A stretch of DNA of 64,000 nt, from the NCBI GenBank assembly GCA_963813155.1, contig CAWEYG010000005.1, positions 128,001 through 192,000 on the forward strand, read 5' to 3'. Within the stretch, counting starts at the first letter, position 1; every line of letters starts with the position of its first letter. Source of the stretch: an uncultured Acidobacteriota bacterium. Its GTDB lineage: Bacteria > Acidobacteriota > Thermoanaerobaculia > UBA5066 > DATFVB01. This document shows, in pieces, positions 30,097 to 42,102 of the stretch. The position numbers and the translations under genes are program-made. Below the pieces are notes generated by a model. It saw nothing but the letters and a program-made list of their open reading frames with translations, was not told the origin of the DNA and did not search any database.

Positions 30097-31578
30097 TCAG
30101 ACCACCGCGATCTCGTAGTGGGCGGCCGGAAGGTTTTCCTCTTCGCGAATCTCGATCGACGCCTCGAGGTCCCGCTCGAGGCCGTCGAGAATTCCGAGCT
30201 CTCCGCGCAAGGCCTTCACGACTTCCGGCGTCGAGCGGACGAGAACCGTCTCACCCGGAGTGAGAGAGCCCGAGAGCTTCAGAATTTCGCGCCGGATCTC
30301 GAGCGCGACGGTGAAATCGTTCTTGACCCGGCCGTTGCCGCCGCAGCACGGGCACGACCGCGTGAGAACGCGCTCGAGCGAGGGTCGCGAGCGCTTGCGC
30401 GTGACCTGGACGAGCCCGAACTCCGAGATCTGCAGGATTTTCGACTTCGCCCGGTCCTTTTTCATCTCGGACTCGAACGCTTCGAAGAGCGTCCGCCGGT
30501 GCTCCTCGTCCTCGAGATCGATGAAGTCGACGACGAGGATCCCGCCCAGGTCCCGCAGGCGGATCTGGCGCACGATCTCCCGGACGGCCTCGAGGTTCAC
30601 GGCGAGCACCGTGTCTTCGAGGCTGTCTTTCCCGACGAACTTTCCGGTGTTGACGTCGATCGAGACGAGGGCTTCCGTCGGGTTGATCACGAGATATCCG
30701 CCCGATTTGAGCCAGACCTTCGTCTTCAGGGCCTTTTCGATCTCGGCTTCGACGCCGAATTCTTCGAAAAGGGCGTCTTTCCGGTGGAGCTTGACGCGCG
30801 GAACGACGGACGGCTCGGTGACGTGAAGAAAATCGACGATCCGCCCGAAGGCCTCGTGGTCGTTGACCCGGACTGCCGCCACGTCCTCGGAAACGAGGTC
30901 GCGCAGCGAACGAAGAAGGAGGTCCTGCTCGCCGTGGAGCAGCGCCGGAGGCTTGCTGGAGTGGGACCGGGAGAGAATCGACTCCCACAGGGCCGAGAGG
31001 TAGATCCGGTCGGTTTCGAACTCCTCGGTTCCCCTTCCCTGCGCCGCCGTCCGCGCGATGAACCCGCGGCCGCCGGGAAACGCCTCGAGCGCGGCCCGCA
31101 GCCGCTCCCTCTCGGGCTCGTCCTCGATTCGGCGCGAAATCCCCGCCTTCGACGAGAAGGGCGTGTACACGAGGAGCCGGCCGGGCAGCGAGATGTTCGT
31201 CGAGACGCGCGCGCCTTTGGCTCCCATCGATTCCTTCACGACCTGGACGATGATGTGCTGCCCTTCCTTCAGGAGCGTGTCGATCGAGACCGCCGGGCGC
31301 GCGGATTCTTCTTCGGGCGGTCCGTCGTCGTCCACTTCCCACTCTTCGCGGACGTCGGCGACATAGAGGAACGCGTCCTTCTCCAGGCCGATGTCCACGA
31401 ACGCGGCCTGCATGCCGGGAAGCACTCTCGATACCTGCCCGAGGTAAATGTCGCCGACGGAGCCCTGCTTGCGGGGGCGCTCGAAGTACAGCTCCGCGGC
31501 GCGGCCGTTCTCCAGGAACGCGACCCGGGTCTGGTACGGGTTGCAGTCGATCAGGATTTCGCGGACGGTTTCAGGCAT
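30097..31578 (-). CDS. rng: Ribonuclease G (Rne/Rng family)
   Basis: GDIYLG, PGMQAAFVDIG, IDVNTGK, RQIRLRDLGG; no long RNase E tail; follows rodA. Confidence 0.9.
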   Translation of the reverse strand: MPETVREILIDCNPYQTRVAFLENGRAAELYFERPRKQGSVGDIYLGQVSRVLPGMQAAFVDIGLEKDAFLYVADVREEWEVDDDGPPEEESARPAVSIDTLLKEGQHIIVQVVKESMGAKGARVSTNISLPGRLLVYTPFSSKAGISRRIEDEPERERLRAALEAFPGGRGFIARTAAQGRGTEEFETDRIYLSALWESILSRSHSSKPPALLHGEQDLLLRSLRDLVSEDVAAVRVNDHEAFGRIVDFLHVTEPSVVPRVKLHRKDALFEEFGVEAEIEKALKTKVWLKSGGYLVINPTEALVSIDVNTGKFVGKDSLEDTVLAVNLEAVREIVRQIRLRDLGGILVVDFIDLEDEEHRRTLFEAFESEMKKDRAKSKILQISEFGLVQVTRKRSRPSLERVLTRSCPCCGGNGRVKNDFTVALEIRREILKLSGSLTPGETVLVRSTPEVVKALRGELGILDGLERDLEASIEIREEENLPAAHYEIAVV

Positions 31579-32662
31579 TCGCGAACCGCCGGGCTTCGAC
31601 GCTCAAGATCAGGCCGATCGCGGCGAGCGTCGTCGCGACCGAGGTTCCCCCGTAGGACAGCAGCGGCAGGGGAATGCCGGTCGTCGGAAAGAGCCCGATC
31701 ATCATTCCGGTGTTGAGAACGACCGACGCGAACAGGCTCGAGATCAGGGCGAGCACGAGGAAGGCTCCGCCGCGATCGCGCGCGTGCGACGCGAGCCGAA
31801 GGCCGCGAAGAACGACCGTTGCGTAGAGGGCGAGCACGACGAGAACGCCCATGTACCCCCATTCCTCGGCCAGCACCGCGAAGATGAAATCGGTGTGGCG
31901 GACGGGGAGGAACCGCAGCTGGCTTTGCGTGCCGCGGCGATATCCCTTCCCGAAAAGGCCGCCGGATCCCACGGCGATCTTCGACTGGCGAAGCTGGTAC
32001 CCGGCTCCCGAAACGTCCGCCTCGGGATGCAGGAACGTCGTGATCCTCTGCCTCTGGTAGTCCTTCAGGAGAAACCACCCGACGGTGCAGGCGAAGAGGC
32101 CGGCGAGCAGCAGCGCGGTCCAGTATTGCCAGCGCATCCGTCCGAAGTACATCCCGACGAGAAGCATCGGCAGGAACGTCAGCGCGAGACCGAGATCCGG
32201 CTGAAGAAAAACGAGCAGGAACGGGGTCAGGACGATCGCGAAGAGCTTGAACAACGCGGCCGGGCGCAGCCGCCGGTCCTGTTCGTTTTCGAAAAGGTAG
32301 GCGACGAGCAGCGCGGTCGCGACCTTGGCGAGCTCGCCCGGCTGAAACTGGTAGCCCCCGACCCGGATCCAGGAGCGCACGTGGGCGATTTTCCGGCCGA
32401 AAGTCAGCAGGTAGACGAGGGGAATGAGCGAAAGAAGGTAGATCGGAAACGAGAATTTGAGGAGGACCCGGTAATCGAGCGCGAGCATGATGAGCAGGAG
32501 CGCGAGCCCGACCCCCATCCAGATCGCCTGGCGGGCGGTGAGGTCCGCGTTTCGTCCCCCGAGGGTCGAGGAGGCGACGAGAAGGAGACCGATCGAGAGG
32601 AGCGCGAGGACGGCGAGAAACAGGGTCATGTCGAGGCGCCGCCGCTGGAAGATCCCTCTCAT
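31571..32662 (-). CDS. rodA: Rod shape-determining protein RodA
   Basis: FQPGELAK, QPDLG, QSKIAVGSGG, HTDFIF, GIPLPLLSYGG. Confidence 0.95.
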   Translation of the reverse strand: MRGIFQRRRLDMTLFLAVLALLSIGLLLVASSTLGGRNADLTARQAIWMGVGLALLLIMLALDYRVLLKFSFPIYLLSLIPLVYLLTFGRKIAHVRSWIRVGGYQFQPGELAKVATALLVAYLFENEQDRRLRPAALFKLFAIVLTPFLLVFLQPDLGLALTFLPMLLVGMYFGRMRWQYWTALLLAGLFACTVGWFLLKDYQRQRITTFLHPEADVSGAGYQLRQSKIAVGSGGLFGKGYRRGTQSQLRFLPVRHTDFIFAVLAEEWGYMGVLVVLALYATVVLRGLRLASHARDRGGAFLVLALISSLFASVVLNTGMMIGLFPTTGIPLPLLSYGGTSVATTLAAIGLILSVEARRFANA

Positions 32663-34536
32663 CGCGCCTCGGCTCTTTCGCCGGAGGGCCGGGCGGAGGC
32701 GACCTGCTGCGGTGCGGACGTTGTCTCCGGGATGGGAATGCCGAAGTAGGTGGCGATCAGTTGCCGGGCGAGAGGCGCGGCCGCGGAAGCGCCGTGCTGG
32801 CCGTGTTCGACGAAGACCGCGACGACGATCTTCGGATCGGTCTTCGGCGCGAACCCGATGAACCACGCGTGGTCCCTCTTTTCGAACGGGAGCGAGCCTT
32901 CCTTTTTCGTGTCCTTCTGCCCGACGACCTGCACCGACCCGGTCTTGCCGCACATTTCGAGGCCGGGGATGCGGGCGGCGGTCGCCGTGCCGCCCGGTTC
33001 GTTGACGACGGCGGACATCGCGTCTTCGATCTGCTTGCGGATCTCGTCGGGAATCGTGAGGCGGCGCTCGCTCTGGTCGACGTATTCGTAGCGCGAGCCG
33101 CTCTGCGGGTCCTCGGCCGAAAGAAAGAGGTGCGGTCGCGGAAAGACGCCTCCCTCGAGGAGGCCCGAGAGCCCCCGCGCGAGCTGCACGGCGGAAACGA
33201 GCAGGGGCCCCTGCCCGATCGCGACGGAGATCGTTTCGGAGGGGTACCAGTGCGCCTTGCGAACCTTGCGGCTCCACTCTTCCGACGGGACGAGGCCGCC
33301 CTTCTCGTTGGGGAGATCGAGGCCCGTGGGCTCGCCGAAGCCGAAGAGGCGGCCCGTTTCGGCGATCTTGTCGATGCCCATCCTTCGGCCGAGCGTGTAG
33401 AAGTAGACGTCGCACGAGCCGCGGATCGCGTCATGGAGATTTACCCAGCCGTGCCCCTCCTTCTTGTGGCAGCGAAAGGTCCGACCGTAGAACGTCGCGT
33501 ATCCGGGACAGAAGACTTTCGTGTCGGGCGTCACGTATCCGCCGGCGAGCCCCGCCTCGGCGAGGAAGACCTTGAAGACCGAGCCGGGCGAATAGACGTT
33601 CTGGATCGCGCGATTCTGGAGCGGGCGATACGGATTCTCGATGAGCTCCGACCACTGCGAGGACGTCATCCGCCGCGAAAAGACGTTCGGATCGTACGAG
33701 GGCGCGGAGACGATCGCGAGAATCTGGCCGGTCTTTGGATCCATCGCGACCGCCGAGCCGACGCGGTCCTTGAAGTATTCCTCGGCGACGTGCTGCAGCC
33801 GCCCGTCGATCGTGAGAGTCAGGTTTCTTCCGGGAATCGGATCTTCGCGGCTCTCTTCGGCGGTTTCGTGCCCGAATGAGTCGACGATGATCCGCCTCTC
33901 GCCGTCGCGCCCGGCGAGCATCTCCTGGTAAGCGCTCTCGACTCCCCGCTGGCCGATCGAGTTGCCCGGGCGGTATCGATCGGGCTGGGCGGCGATCTGC
34001 TCCGGCGTCGCTTCGGAGAGATAGCCGAGCGATTGCGCGGCGAAGGGGCCCTTCGTGTAGAGGCGGCGCTGTCCGACTCCGACCGCGAACTCCGGGTGTT
34101 CCGCGGCGCGCGCCTCGATCGAGGCGACCTCGCCGATCGTGAGGTTTTCGGCGAGGGCGATCGGAACGAAGTCGAAATACATGCGGTACCGGGCGACGCG
34201 CCGTTCGACGTCGTCCCGCGGAAGGTTGAGAAGCGAAATCGCGGTTTCCAGCGATTGCTTCAGATCTTTTGTTTCGCGGCGGTAGAGAAAAAGGCTGTAG
34301 GAGGGCTCGTTCTCGACGAGAACCTGGCCCTGCCGCTCGTAGATCACTCCCCGGGCGGCCGTGACCGCGACGGATCGAAGCCGGTTGTTTTCGGAGAGCT
34401 TGAAGTAATAGTCGCCCCGCACGATCTGGACGTACCAGTACGAGACCGCCATCACCCCGAAAAGACAGGCGGCGGCGACGAAGAGGATCTCGACGAGCCG
34501 TTGGAACGACTCCCGGTCTTCGGAGACGCTACCCAT
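32659..34536 (-). CDS. mrdA: Penicillin-binding protein 2
   Basis: SENNRLR, PGSVFK, SCDVYFY, GKTGSVQ. Confidence 0.95.
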   Translation of the reverse strand: MGSVSEDRESFQRLVEILFVAAACLFGVMAVSYWYVQIVRGDYYFKLSENNRLRSVAVTAARGVIYERQGQVLVENEPSYSLFLYRRETKDLKQSLETAISLLNLPRDDVERRVARYRMYFDFVPIALAENLTIGEVASIEARAAEHPEFAVGVGQRRLYTKGPFAAQSLGYLSEATPEQIAAQPDRYRPGNSIGQRGVESAYQEMLAGRDGERRIIVDSFGHETAEESREDPIPGRNLTLTIDGRLQHVAEEYFKDRVGSAVAMDPKTGQILAIVSAPSYDPNVFSRRMTSSQWSELIENPYRPLQNRAIQNVYSPGSVFKVFLAEAGLAGGYVTPDTKVFCPGYATFYGRTFRCHKKEGHGWVNLHDAIRGSCDVYFYTLGRRMGIDKIAETGRLFGFGEPTGLDLPNEKGGLVPSEEWSRKVRKAHWYPSETISVAIGQGPLLVSAVQLARGLSGLLEGGVFPRPHLFLSAEDPQSGSRYEYVDQSERRLTIPDEIRKQIEDAMSAVVNEPGGTATAARIPGLEMCGKTGSVQVVGQKDTKKEGSLPFEKRDHAWFIGFAPKTDPKIVVAVFVEHGQHGASAAAPLARQLIATYFGIPIPETTSAPQQVASARPSGERAEAR

Positions 34537-34548
34537 GACCCGTCGCCC

Positions 34549-35049
34549 TCATCGGAGCCTCCGATGCCGTCTTCGACGCCACCATTCCTTCCAGGGGAAC
34601 CTCCACGCCCAATAGAATATGCCCCCCGCGCCTCCCGTGAGCGCGCAGCGGCCCAGGTCGGAGAATTCCAGCAGAAAGGGCGTGCCGAGCAGGACGCGCC
34701 CGAGGACCGCCACGATCACCGTGTTGAGCAGCTCGGCGACGGCGAGAGTGGAGGCGACCACGAGCGCTCCGCCGAAAACGACGCGCAGGGAGACGACCGT
34801 CAGGAGGTAGCCGAGGAGCGCCTTCGCGAACGCGTTGGCGCCCTTGAGGGGATGTAGCAGAACGTCCTCGAGGAGCCCGACGGCAGCTCCTCCGAGCGTC
34901 GCCGCCGCGAAACTGCCGGACGCCGCCTGGTAGGCGACCGCGAGAAGAAACCAGTCGATCGCCGCCAGCCCCGGTATACGCGAGGTTCCGAAGAGCCAGG
35001 TGAGGGCCGCCGCGGCGCCCGTGGAGAACAGGAAGCGGACCGACTTCAA
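34549..35049 (-). CDS. mreD: Rod shape-determining protein MreD
   Basis: Hydrophobic, GLLEDVL motif, between mreC and mrdA. Confidence 0.8.
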   Translation of the reverse strand: MKSVRFLFSTGAAAALTWLFGTSRIPGLAAIDWFLLAVAYQAASGSFAAATLGGAAVGLLEDVLLHPLKGANAFAKALLGYLLTVVSLRVVFGGALVVASTLAVAELLNTVIVAVLGRVLLGTPFLLEFSDLGRCALTGGAGGIFYWAWRFPWKEWWRRRRHRRLR

Positions 35050-35900
35050 GGGGCCTCATCCGCGACGACCGGCGAGGGGTCCAGCACGAGCACGTCGGAG
35101 AGCCGCGACACGGGAGCCGCCGGCGCGATCTGCACTTTCAGGAAGAGGGATTTTCCGCCGGAGATTCCGGTGACCCGTCCGACCGCGATTCCCCGGGGGA
35201 AAATCCCGTCGATCCCCGCGGTTTCGATGACGTCGCCGGCAACGACGCGCGACAGCGTGCTGAGGTACTCCATCCGGAGGCTCTCCCCTTCGCCTCGCAC
35301 GACTCCCTGGTCGCCCGTCCGGACGACCCTCCCGCCGACCGCGCAGTCGGCATCTCCGATCAAGATGACCTTCGAGAGGTGCGGAGTGACCGTGACGACG
35401 CGGCCCACGAGACCCTCGGGGACGGCGAGGGGCGAGCCGGGCCGGACGCCGTCGGCAGAGCCGGCGGCCAGGAGGGCGCGGCGATAGCCGCCCCGAACTT
35501 CGATCGAGACGATCGGCGCTGCGAGCCGGACCGACGGCAGGAACGGCTGGATCTTGAGCAGCTCGCGCAGCCGCACGGAGTCCTGAGCCCCGGCCCGGAG
35601 CAGGAAGACCTCGCGGTGAAGGCTCGCGATCTCGGTGCGGAGCCGGCGATTTTCGGTCCGCGCTCCGAAATACGACGCGAGAGTCTCCGCGACGCTTTTT
35701 TTCGCCCGGACGGCCTCCTCGGCCCCGCGCACGGCCGGCGACGCGATGGCGAGCCCGAGACGCTCGAGCAGCGAGGGGCCCTTTCCCCCCTCTCTCGCCT
35801 GGGAGGACATGAACAGGAGGCAGGCGGCGAGGGTGCCGGCCAGCAGGAATTTTTCGGACCGGGTCGACGAGTTCGACGAAAAGATTCGGGGCTCAGGCAA
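35046..35900 (-). CDS. mreC: Rod shape-determining protein MreC
   Basis: [27 protein letters not shown]. Confidence 0.9.
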   Translation of the reverse strand: MPEPRIFSSNSSTRSEKFLLAGTLAACLLFMSSQAREGGKGPSLLERLGLAIASPAVRGAEEAVRAKKSVAETLASYFGARTENRRLRTEIASLHREVFLLRAGAQDSVRLRELLKIQPFLPSVRLAAPIVSIEVRGGYRRALLAAGSADGVRPGSPLAVPEGLVGRVVTVTPHLSKVILIGDADCAVGGRVVRTGDQGVVRGEGESLRMEYLSTLSRVVAGDVIETAGIDGIFPRGIAVGRVTGISGGKSLFLKVQIAPAAPVSRLSDVLVLDPSPVVADEAP

Positions 35901-36918
35901 TCGAGATCTTTTTCAACAATCCGAAATCGGTCAGCATGGCCCCGGTGCCGAGAGCGACCGAAGCGAGCGGATCTTCCGCGTACGAGATGGGGAGTCCGGT
36001 TTCCTCGCGCAGCCGGCGGTCGAGATTCTTGAGGAGGGAGCCTCCCCCGGTAATCACGATGCCGCGATCCATGATGTCGGCCGAGAGCTCGGGAGGTGTT
36101 CGCTCGAGAGCCACGCGGACCGTCTCGACGATCGCGGCGACGACTTCCGAGAGCGCTTCGCGAATCTCCTCGTCGGAAAGGAGCAGGGTCTTGGGCACGC
36201 CTTCGACGAGGTCTCTTCCCTTGACTTCCATGGAGATGGGCTCGTCGAGCGGATGGGCGGAACCGATCTCGATCTTGATCTGCTCGGCCGTTCGTTCGCC
36301 CACGAGCAGGTTGTACTTTCGCTTGATGTACTGGACGATGGCTTCGTCCATCTCGTTGGAGGCGATGCGGACGCTTCGGGAATACACGATTCCGGCGAGC
36401 GAGATCACGGCCACGTCCGTGGTTCCTCCGCCGATGTCGACGATCATGTTTCCCGCAGGCTCGGTGATCGGCAATCCTGAACCGATCGCGGCGGCCATGG
36501 CCTGTTCGATGATGTAGACCTCCGAGGCTCCTGCCCTCATCGCGGAGTCCTGCACGGCCCGCTTCTCGACCTGGGTGATGTCGGAGGGCACTGAAATGAC
36601 GATTCGCGGCCTCACGAACAGCGAGCGTCCGTGGGCCTTCTTGATGAAATAGTCGAGCATCTTTTCGGTCACTTCGAAGTCGGCGATGACGCCGTCCTTC
36701 ATCGGCCGGATCGCGACGATGTTTCCGGGCGTCCGGCCCAGCATGTCCTTGGCCTCTTTGCCGACGGCTTCGACGCGGTTCGTGAGCTTGTTGATCGCGA
36801 CGATCGACGGCTCTCGAAGGATGATGCCGCGGTTCAAGGCGAAGACGAGCGTATTGGCGGTGCCGAGATCGATCGCCAGATCGGACGAGAACAGCGAGAA
36901 CAGCGATTTCCAGCCCAT
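35893..36918 (-). CDS. mreB: Rod shape-determining protein MreB
   Basis: [40 protein letters not shown]. Confidence 0.98.
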   Translation of the reverse strand: MGWKSLFSLFSSDLAIDLGTANTLVFALNRGIILREPSIVAINKLTNRVEAVGKEAKDMLGRTPGNIVAIRPMKDGVIADFEVTEKMLDYFIKKAHGRSLFVRPRIVISVPSDITQVEKRAVQDSAMRAGASEVYIIEQAMAAAIGSGLPITEPAGNMIVDIGGGTTDVAVISLAGIVYSRSVRIASNEMDEAIVQYIKRKYNLLVGERTAEQIKIEIGSAHPLDEPISMEVKGRDLVEGVPKTLLLSDEEIREALSEVVAAIVETVRVALERTPPELSADIMDRGIVITGGGSLLKNLDRRLREETGLPISYAEDPLASVALGTGAMLTDFGLLKKISIA

Positions 36919-36938
36919 GGATCTCCTTACTCGGGACG

Positions 36939-38387
36939 CTAGTAGAGTTCCACGAAAACGCGGATCCGTTTGACGGTCTCGCGGCCCGCGGCATCGGCAG
37001 CCTTGACGACGATCTGCGATTCTCCCTCGGTTTCCACCGTAACGGTCGTCTTGAAGGATCCATTGGGCTCCACGTCGGCCCGTTTTCCATTCACCGAAAC
37101 GGAAGCCGACGGGTCTGTCTGACCGAAAATCAGGAAGAGATTTCCCATCTGCTGGGGCGCCTGCAGGGTGAGGGGAGGAGGGGCGCCGCTGGGCGCTCCC
37201 GCCTTCGCGGCGTCGGTCACGATGCGGAATCGCCGGTAGGGGCTCCAGTCCGACGACACGCCGGTTCGGGTGACTCCCGCGACTCTCCAGTAGTAGGACC
37301 CTTCTTCGTGGGGCCGGATCGAGGCCGAGACGCCGGTGCGGTTGGGCAGGTCCAGCGGCGTCGCGTCGGGAATGAACAGTCGGGAGCGAGAGACCTGCAG
37401 CCGGTAGCGGGCGATGTCCTTGACCGCGGTCCAGCGGAGAAGGATGTCGGCGTTGTTCTTGAGGTCGAAAATCCGGTTGTCCGCCGGATCGATGAGCGCG
37501 GGCGAGTCGGGAAGAACGACTTTCGACCCCAGGCTCTGGGTCGACACGTCGGCGCGGACCTTCTCCCGTTCGGAGAGGACGACGCTCTCCTTTCCCGTCC
37601 GCAGCACGGCCTGCCCCCGAAAGTTCGACACGTCGGTATTCTGGTTGACGGGATCGATCGAGAGGCCGACCTGCGAATCGCGCTGGATTTCCGTGTTCAC
37701 CGCCTTCGTCCTGACGGTGGACGACGCGTTGGACGTATAGACCTGAATGGAGCCCGACACCATCTCCACGGCGCTCGATTTCTCCGACTCCCGGTGCTGA
37801 CCGGTTTTCACCTCGAAGAGCGAATCCGGCCGAAGCTGGTACAGCGTGCCGTCGAAGAACATGATTTCCGCCGAGCCGGCCCTCGAGGTCTTGACGAAAT
37901 CGCCGTCGTAGAGCGATTGCCGCAGCTTGCACTCTTCCCATGTGCCCCGGCCGGCGCGCTGGAGGGTGACCTCGCCGTCGAGAGCGACGAACGTCGCGTC
38001 GCCGATCTCGGACCGGCCGGCGCGGCCGAGAGCCCTGCGAGAGAGCGATTCCGACTCGACCGCGAGCGAATAGGCCTGTTCGTATTTGGGCGCGACGTAC
38101 GCCTCGTGCGCTTCGTTCAGGCGGTCTTTCGCCTGGGAGAGAGTCACCGCAAAACGGGAGGAGTCCTGGCTCGATTGGGCGTTCTTGAGCGCGGCCTCTG
38201 CCTGTTCGATCTGGTGTTGCGCGCGGACCTGGGGCGACTGGTGATTGCGCTGGTAGAGATAGACGCCCCAGACGACACCGGCTGCGGCCAGCAGCAGGAT
38301 CAGCAGCCAGCGACGGATGCTCTTGTAGGAGAAAACGATCCAGTCGATCTCTCCCTGGCTCGTCTTCCGTTTTTCCGTTTGTGCCAT
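36939..38387 (-). CDS. Membrane-anchored FecR-domain protein with Ig/FN3-like C-terminus
   Basis: N-terminal TM; [24 protein letters not shown]; YYWRVAG...SDWS. Confidence 0.7.
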   Translation of the reverse strand: MAQTEKRKTSQGEIDWIVFSYKSIRRWLLILLLAAAGVVWGVYLYQRNHQSPQVRAQHQIEQAEAALKNAQSSQDSSRFAVTLSQAKDRLNEAHEAYVAPKYEQAYSLAVESESLSRRALGRAGRSEIGDATFVALDGEVTLQRAGRGTWEECKLRQSLYDGDFVKTSRAGSAEIMFFDGTLYQLRPDSLFEVKTGQHRESEKSSAVEMVSGSIQVYTSNASSTVRTKAVNTEIQRDSQVGLSIDPVNQNTDVSNFRGQAVLRTGKESVVLSEREKVRADVSTQSLGSKVVLPDSPALIDPADNRIFDLKNNADILLRWTAVKDIARYRLQVSRSRLFIPDATPLDLPNRTGVSASIRPHEEGSYYWRVAGVTRTGVSSDWSPYRRFRIVTDAAKAGAPSGAPPPLTLQAPQQMGNLFLIFGQTDPSASVSVNGKRADVEPNGSFKTTVTVETEGESQIVVKAADAAGRETVKRIRVFVELY

Positions 38388-38532
38388 AAAATGAAGAATA
38401 TCCGGGATTTAGTGTCGGTGCCTTATAACATAGCCCGATTCTGCGGGCAAACCGACCGATTTTTGCGATGCCCCGGGCGCATTGTTAATATATCAAGTTC
38501 GCCCCGAATCTCGGGAAGGAGAGGTTACCTCG

Positions 38533-40470
38533 ATGCTCAAAATGATGCGGCAAAGCTTTCGGCACCTCAAGTGGATCCTCTGGTTCGTCGTGTTCGTCTT
38601 CGTGGCGTTCATCTTCGTGAGCTGGGGAAAGGGCGGAATCGGCAACGATCGCGCCGCCAGCGGCGAGGTCGCGACGGTCGGCGGCGACAGAATCACCGCG
38701 GTCGATTTCAGCCGCCAGTACCAGCAAACCCAGGAGCGGTACCGCCAGATGTACAAGGACAACTGGACGCCGGCGCTCGCGAAGGCGCTCGACCTCCCGA
38801 ATCAGGTCCTGAACGGAATGATCGAACGGCGGATGTTGATCGACGCGGCGCGTCGAAGCGGCGTGCGGGTGAGCGACACGGAGCTCTCCGAGAAGATCCA
38901 GTCGCTTTCGGCCCTCCAGCGCAACGGCCAGTTCATCGGCGCCCGGGAGTATTCCAGTCTTCTGGCGGCCAACGGCATGACGCCGGACCAGTTCGAGCGC
39001 GATTTCCGCGACGACATGTTGATCGAGAAATACAATCGTCTCGTCGCCGCGAGCCTGATCGTGCCCGATTCCGAGGTCGAGAACCAGTTTGCACGCCAGA
39101 GCGAAAAGGCGAAAATCGACTACGTGTTGATTTCGCCCGACCACTTCGACGCGAACGCGGCTCCGACGGAAGCCGAGCTCCTGGCCGCCTTCGAGAAGAA
39201 CAAAGAACGGTATCGCCAGCCGGAAAGGCGCAAGCTCAAATACCTGCTCGTCGACGAAACCCGGCTGCGGGAAAAGATCCGGCCGACCCCGGCGCAGCTG
39301 CGCGCCTATTACGACTCCCACCCGAACGACTTTCCGGTGTCGGACCGCGTTCACGCCGCGCACATCCTCATCAAGATCGACCGGGATGCGAAGCCCGACG
39401 TCGACGCCGCCGCGAAGAAGAAGGCAGAAGATCTCGCGGCCCGGGCCCGAAAAGGAGAGGACTTCGCGAAACTCGCGGAAAAATACTCGGAAGACCCGGG
39501 GTCGAAAGATCGCGGGGGCGACCTGGGGCCGTTTGCGCGCGGCGCGATGGTGAAGATCTTCGAGGACACCGCCTTCTCCATGACCCCGGGACAAATCAGC
39601 GATCCGGTGAAGTCGCCGTTCGGGTATCACGTGATCAAGCTCATCGAGAAGCTTCCCCCCGGGAAACAGACATTCGAGGAGGCGGCTCCCAAGATCATCG
39701 CCTCTCTCCAGCAGAGCTCCGTGAAAGCGGAGGAGACGCGCCGCAGCGAAGCCCTCGAGAAGGCCGTCAACCGCAAGTCGAGCGACGAGGACCTCCGCAA
39801 GCTCGCCGACGACGTCGTCTCTTTCGACGCGACCGACTGGGTGACCGCGCAGTCCGTCGTGCCGGGCGTCGGGTACGCTCCCGGGTTCTCGAAGGCGGCC
39901 TTCGAGCTCAAGAACGGAGAGGTCTCGCCGCACGCGATCTCGACCCCTCGCGGTCCCGCCCTCGTGAAGGTCGCGGACGTGAAGGCTCCGGGGATACCCG
40001 ATTTCGCGGAAGTGAAGTCGAGGGTCGCGGCGGATGTGAAGGGCGAGCGGACGCAGCAGAAGGCCCTCGACGCCGCTCGGCCGATCGAGGCCGAGCTCCA
40101 GGGCGGGTCGACGCTCGAGGCGGTTGCAAAGAAATTCGGCGTGACGGTCCAGTCTTCCCCGGAATTCGCGAAGGGAGCGCCGGTCCCGGCACTCGGGAAC
40201 TCGGCGGCGCTCTCCGAGGAGGTCTTCCGGACCGCCGTCGGAAAACCGGGCGGTCCCGTGTGGGTCGGGCCGCAGGGTGTCGTGCTCTTCCGGGTCGCGT
40301 CGAAGAACGAGTTCGACCCGGCGGCATTCGAACGCCAGAAGGGAACAATTCGGGAGTCGATCCGGCAGCAGGAAGCGCAGAAGCTGATCCAGGCGGATCT
40401 CGCGCGGCGGCGCGCCGGGGAGAAGATCGTCGTCAACGACGAGCTCCTCGGGCGCTACAACGCGGGTTGA
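38533..40470 (+). CDS. SurA/PpiD-type parvulin peptidyl-prolyl isomerase
   Basis: N-terminal TM, SurA_N region, HAAHILI, FAKLAEKYSEDPGS..GGDLG, SPFGYHVIK. Confidence 0.9.
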   Translation: MLKMMRQSFRHLKWILWFVVFVFVAFIFVSWGKGGIGNDRAASGEVATVGGDRITAVDFSRQYQQTQERYRQMYKDNWTPALAKALDLPNQVLNGMIERRMLIDAARRSGVRVSDTELSEKIQSLSALQRNGQFIGAREYSSLLAANGMTPDQFERDFRDDMLIEKYNRLVAASLIVPDSEVENQFARQSEKAKIDYVLISPDHFDANAAPTEAELLAAFEKNKERYRQPERRKLKYLLVDETRLREKIRPTPAQLRAYYDSHPNDFPVSDRVHAAHILIKIDRDAKPDVDAAAKKKAEDLAARARKGEDFAKLAEKYSEDPGSKDRGGDLGPFARGAMVKIFEDTAFSMTPGQISDPVKSPFGYHVIKLIEKLPPGKQTFEEAAPKIIASLQQSSVKAEETRRSEALEKAVNRKSSDEDLRKLADDVVSFDATDWVTAQSVVPGVGYAPGFSKAAFELKNGEVSPHAISTPRGPALVKVADVKAPGIPDFAEVKSRVAADVKGERTQQKALDAARPIEAELQGGSTLEAVAKKFGVTVQSSPEFAKGAPVPALGNSAALSEEVFRTAVGKPGGPVWVGPQGVVLFRVASKNEFDPAAFERQKGTIRESIRQQEAQKLIQADLARRRAGEKIVVNDELLGRYNAG

Positions 40471-40477
40471 TTCGCCG

Positions 40478-41062
40478 ATGATCGCCCGGCTCGCCGGGAT
40501 CGTTCTCGAAAAGCAGCCGGACCGCGTCGTTCTCGACGTTCGGGGAGTGGGCTACCTGGTTTCGATCTCGTTTCAAACCTACCAGGAGCTGCCGGCCGCC
40601 GCGGCGGAAGCGGCCCTCTGGATTCATACGCATGTCCGGGAGGATGCCCTCTCCCTTTTCGGTTTCGCGACGGAAAAGGAGCGGCGGCTCTTCGAGATGC
40701 TGATCGGCGTCTCCGGCGTGGGGCCGAAACTCGCCCTGACGCTGCTTTCCGGCATTCCGGCCGCCGAGCTCGTCGCGGCGCTCGCGCGCGGCGACGCGAA
40801 GCGGCTCACTTCGGTGCCCGGAATCGGGCGCAAGACGGCGGACCGGCTCGCGCTCGAGCTGCGGGAAAAGGCGGAGAAGCTCCACACGCCGACGGACCCG
40901 CTCTCGGGCATCGATCCCGAGGACGTCGTGTCCGCTCTCGTCAACTTCGGCTACAAGAAGTCCGAGGCGGACCGGGCCGTCGAGGGCATCTCCCGCCGGG
41001 GAGCCCCGCCGGAATTCGCCGACTTCCTGAAAGAGGCGCTTTCGGCGCTGTCGGGTTCCTGA
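40478..41062 (+). CDS. ruvA: Holliday junction branch migration protein RuvA
   Basis: [40 protein letters not shown]. Confidence 0.97.
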   Translation: MIARLAGIVLEKQPDRVVLDVRGVGYLVSISFQTYQELPAAAAEAALWIHTHVREDALSLFGFATEKERRLFEMLIGVSGVGPKLALTLLSGIPAAELVAALARGDAKRLTSVPGIGRKTADRLALELREKAEKLHTPTDPLSGIDPEDVVSALVNFGYKKSEADRAVEGISRRGAPPEFADFLKEALSALSGS

Positions 41063-41063
41063 C

Positions 41064-42101
41064 GTGGCCGAGCCCGTCTCGCCGGAGCATTCGTCCCTTC
41101 TCTCGCCCGCGGCGCTGGCGGAAGAAGCCGCTGTCGAGCCGAAGCTCCGGCCGCAAAAGCTCGCGGAGTACATCGGGCAGAACAAGGTCCGCGAGAACCT
41201 CGACGTGTTTCTCAAGGCGGCCCGCGCCCGCGGAGAGTCGCTCGATCACGTTCTCCTGACGGGGCCGCCCGGCCTCGGCAAGACGACTCTCGCGCACATC
41301 ATCGCGCGGGAAATGGGCGTGGGCCTTCGCGTGACGGCCGGCCCCATGATCGCCCGCGCGGGGGACCTCGCCGCGATCCTCACGAACCTGCAGCCGGCCG
41401 ACGTGTTTTTCATCGACGAGATCCACCGCCTTCCCACGGCGGTCGAAGAGGTCCTCTACTCCGCCATGGAGGACTTCGTGCTCGACGTCGTGATCGGCGA
41501 AGGCCCGTCCGCCCGCACGCACCGGATCGACCTGAAACCGTTCACCCTCGTCGGCGCGACGACGCGCCCCGGGCTTCTGTCGCAGCCTCTCCACGCGCGA
41601 TTCGGAATCCACCACCGCCTGGACTTCTACGACCCGGAGGCGCTCGCGACCATCATCGACCGGTCGGCCCGAATCCTCTCCGTCCCGATCGAGCCCGACG
41701 CGGCCCAGGAGATCGCCCGGCGCAGCCGCGGGACCCCGCGGATCGCGAATCGCCTCCTTCGGCGGGTGCGCGATTTCGCGCAGGTCGCGGGACACCCCCG
41801 GCTCGATCTCGAGGCCGCGCGCGAGGCGCTCGGCAAGCTGGAGGTCGACCAGTACGGGCTGGACGAGCTTGACCTTCGAATCCTCACGGTTCTGATCGAG
41901 AAATTCGGCGGCGGTCCGGCGGGGATCTCTTCTCTCGCGTCTTCGCTCGGCGAGGATCGCGGAACTCTCGAAGATCTCTACGAGCCCTTCCTGCTGCAGG
42001 CCGGGTTTCTCCAGAGAACTCCGCGCGGAAGGGTCGCGACCGCCCGCGCCTACAAACGGCTGGGGGTCGCGCCTGGCCGCAACGAAAACTCGCTCTTCTG
42101 A
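41064..42101 (+). CDS. ruvB: Holliday junction DNA helicase RuvB
   Basis: [38 protein letters not shown]. Confidence 0.98.
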   Translation: MAEPVSPEHSSLLSPAALAEEAAVEPKLRPQKLAEYIGQNKVRENLDVFLKAARARGESLDHVLLTGPPGLGKTTLAHIIAREMGVGLRVTAGPMIARAGDLAAILTNLQPADVFFIDEIHRLPTAVEEVLYSAMEDFVLDVVIGEGPSARTHRIDLKPFTLVGATTRPGLLSQPLHARFGIHHRLDFYDPEALATIIDRSARILSVPIEPDAAQEIARRSRGTPRIANRLLRRVRDFAQVAGHPRLDLEAAREALGKLEVDQYGLDELDLRILTVLIEKFGGGPAGISSLASSLGEDRGTLEDLYEPFLLQAGFLQRTPRGRVATARAYKRLGVAPGRNENSLF

Positions 42102-42102
42102 A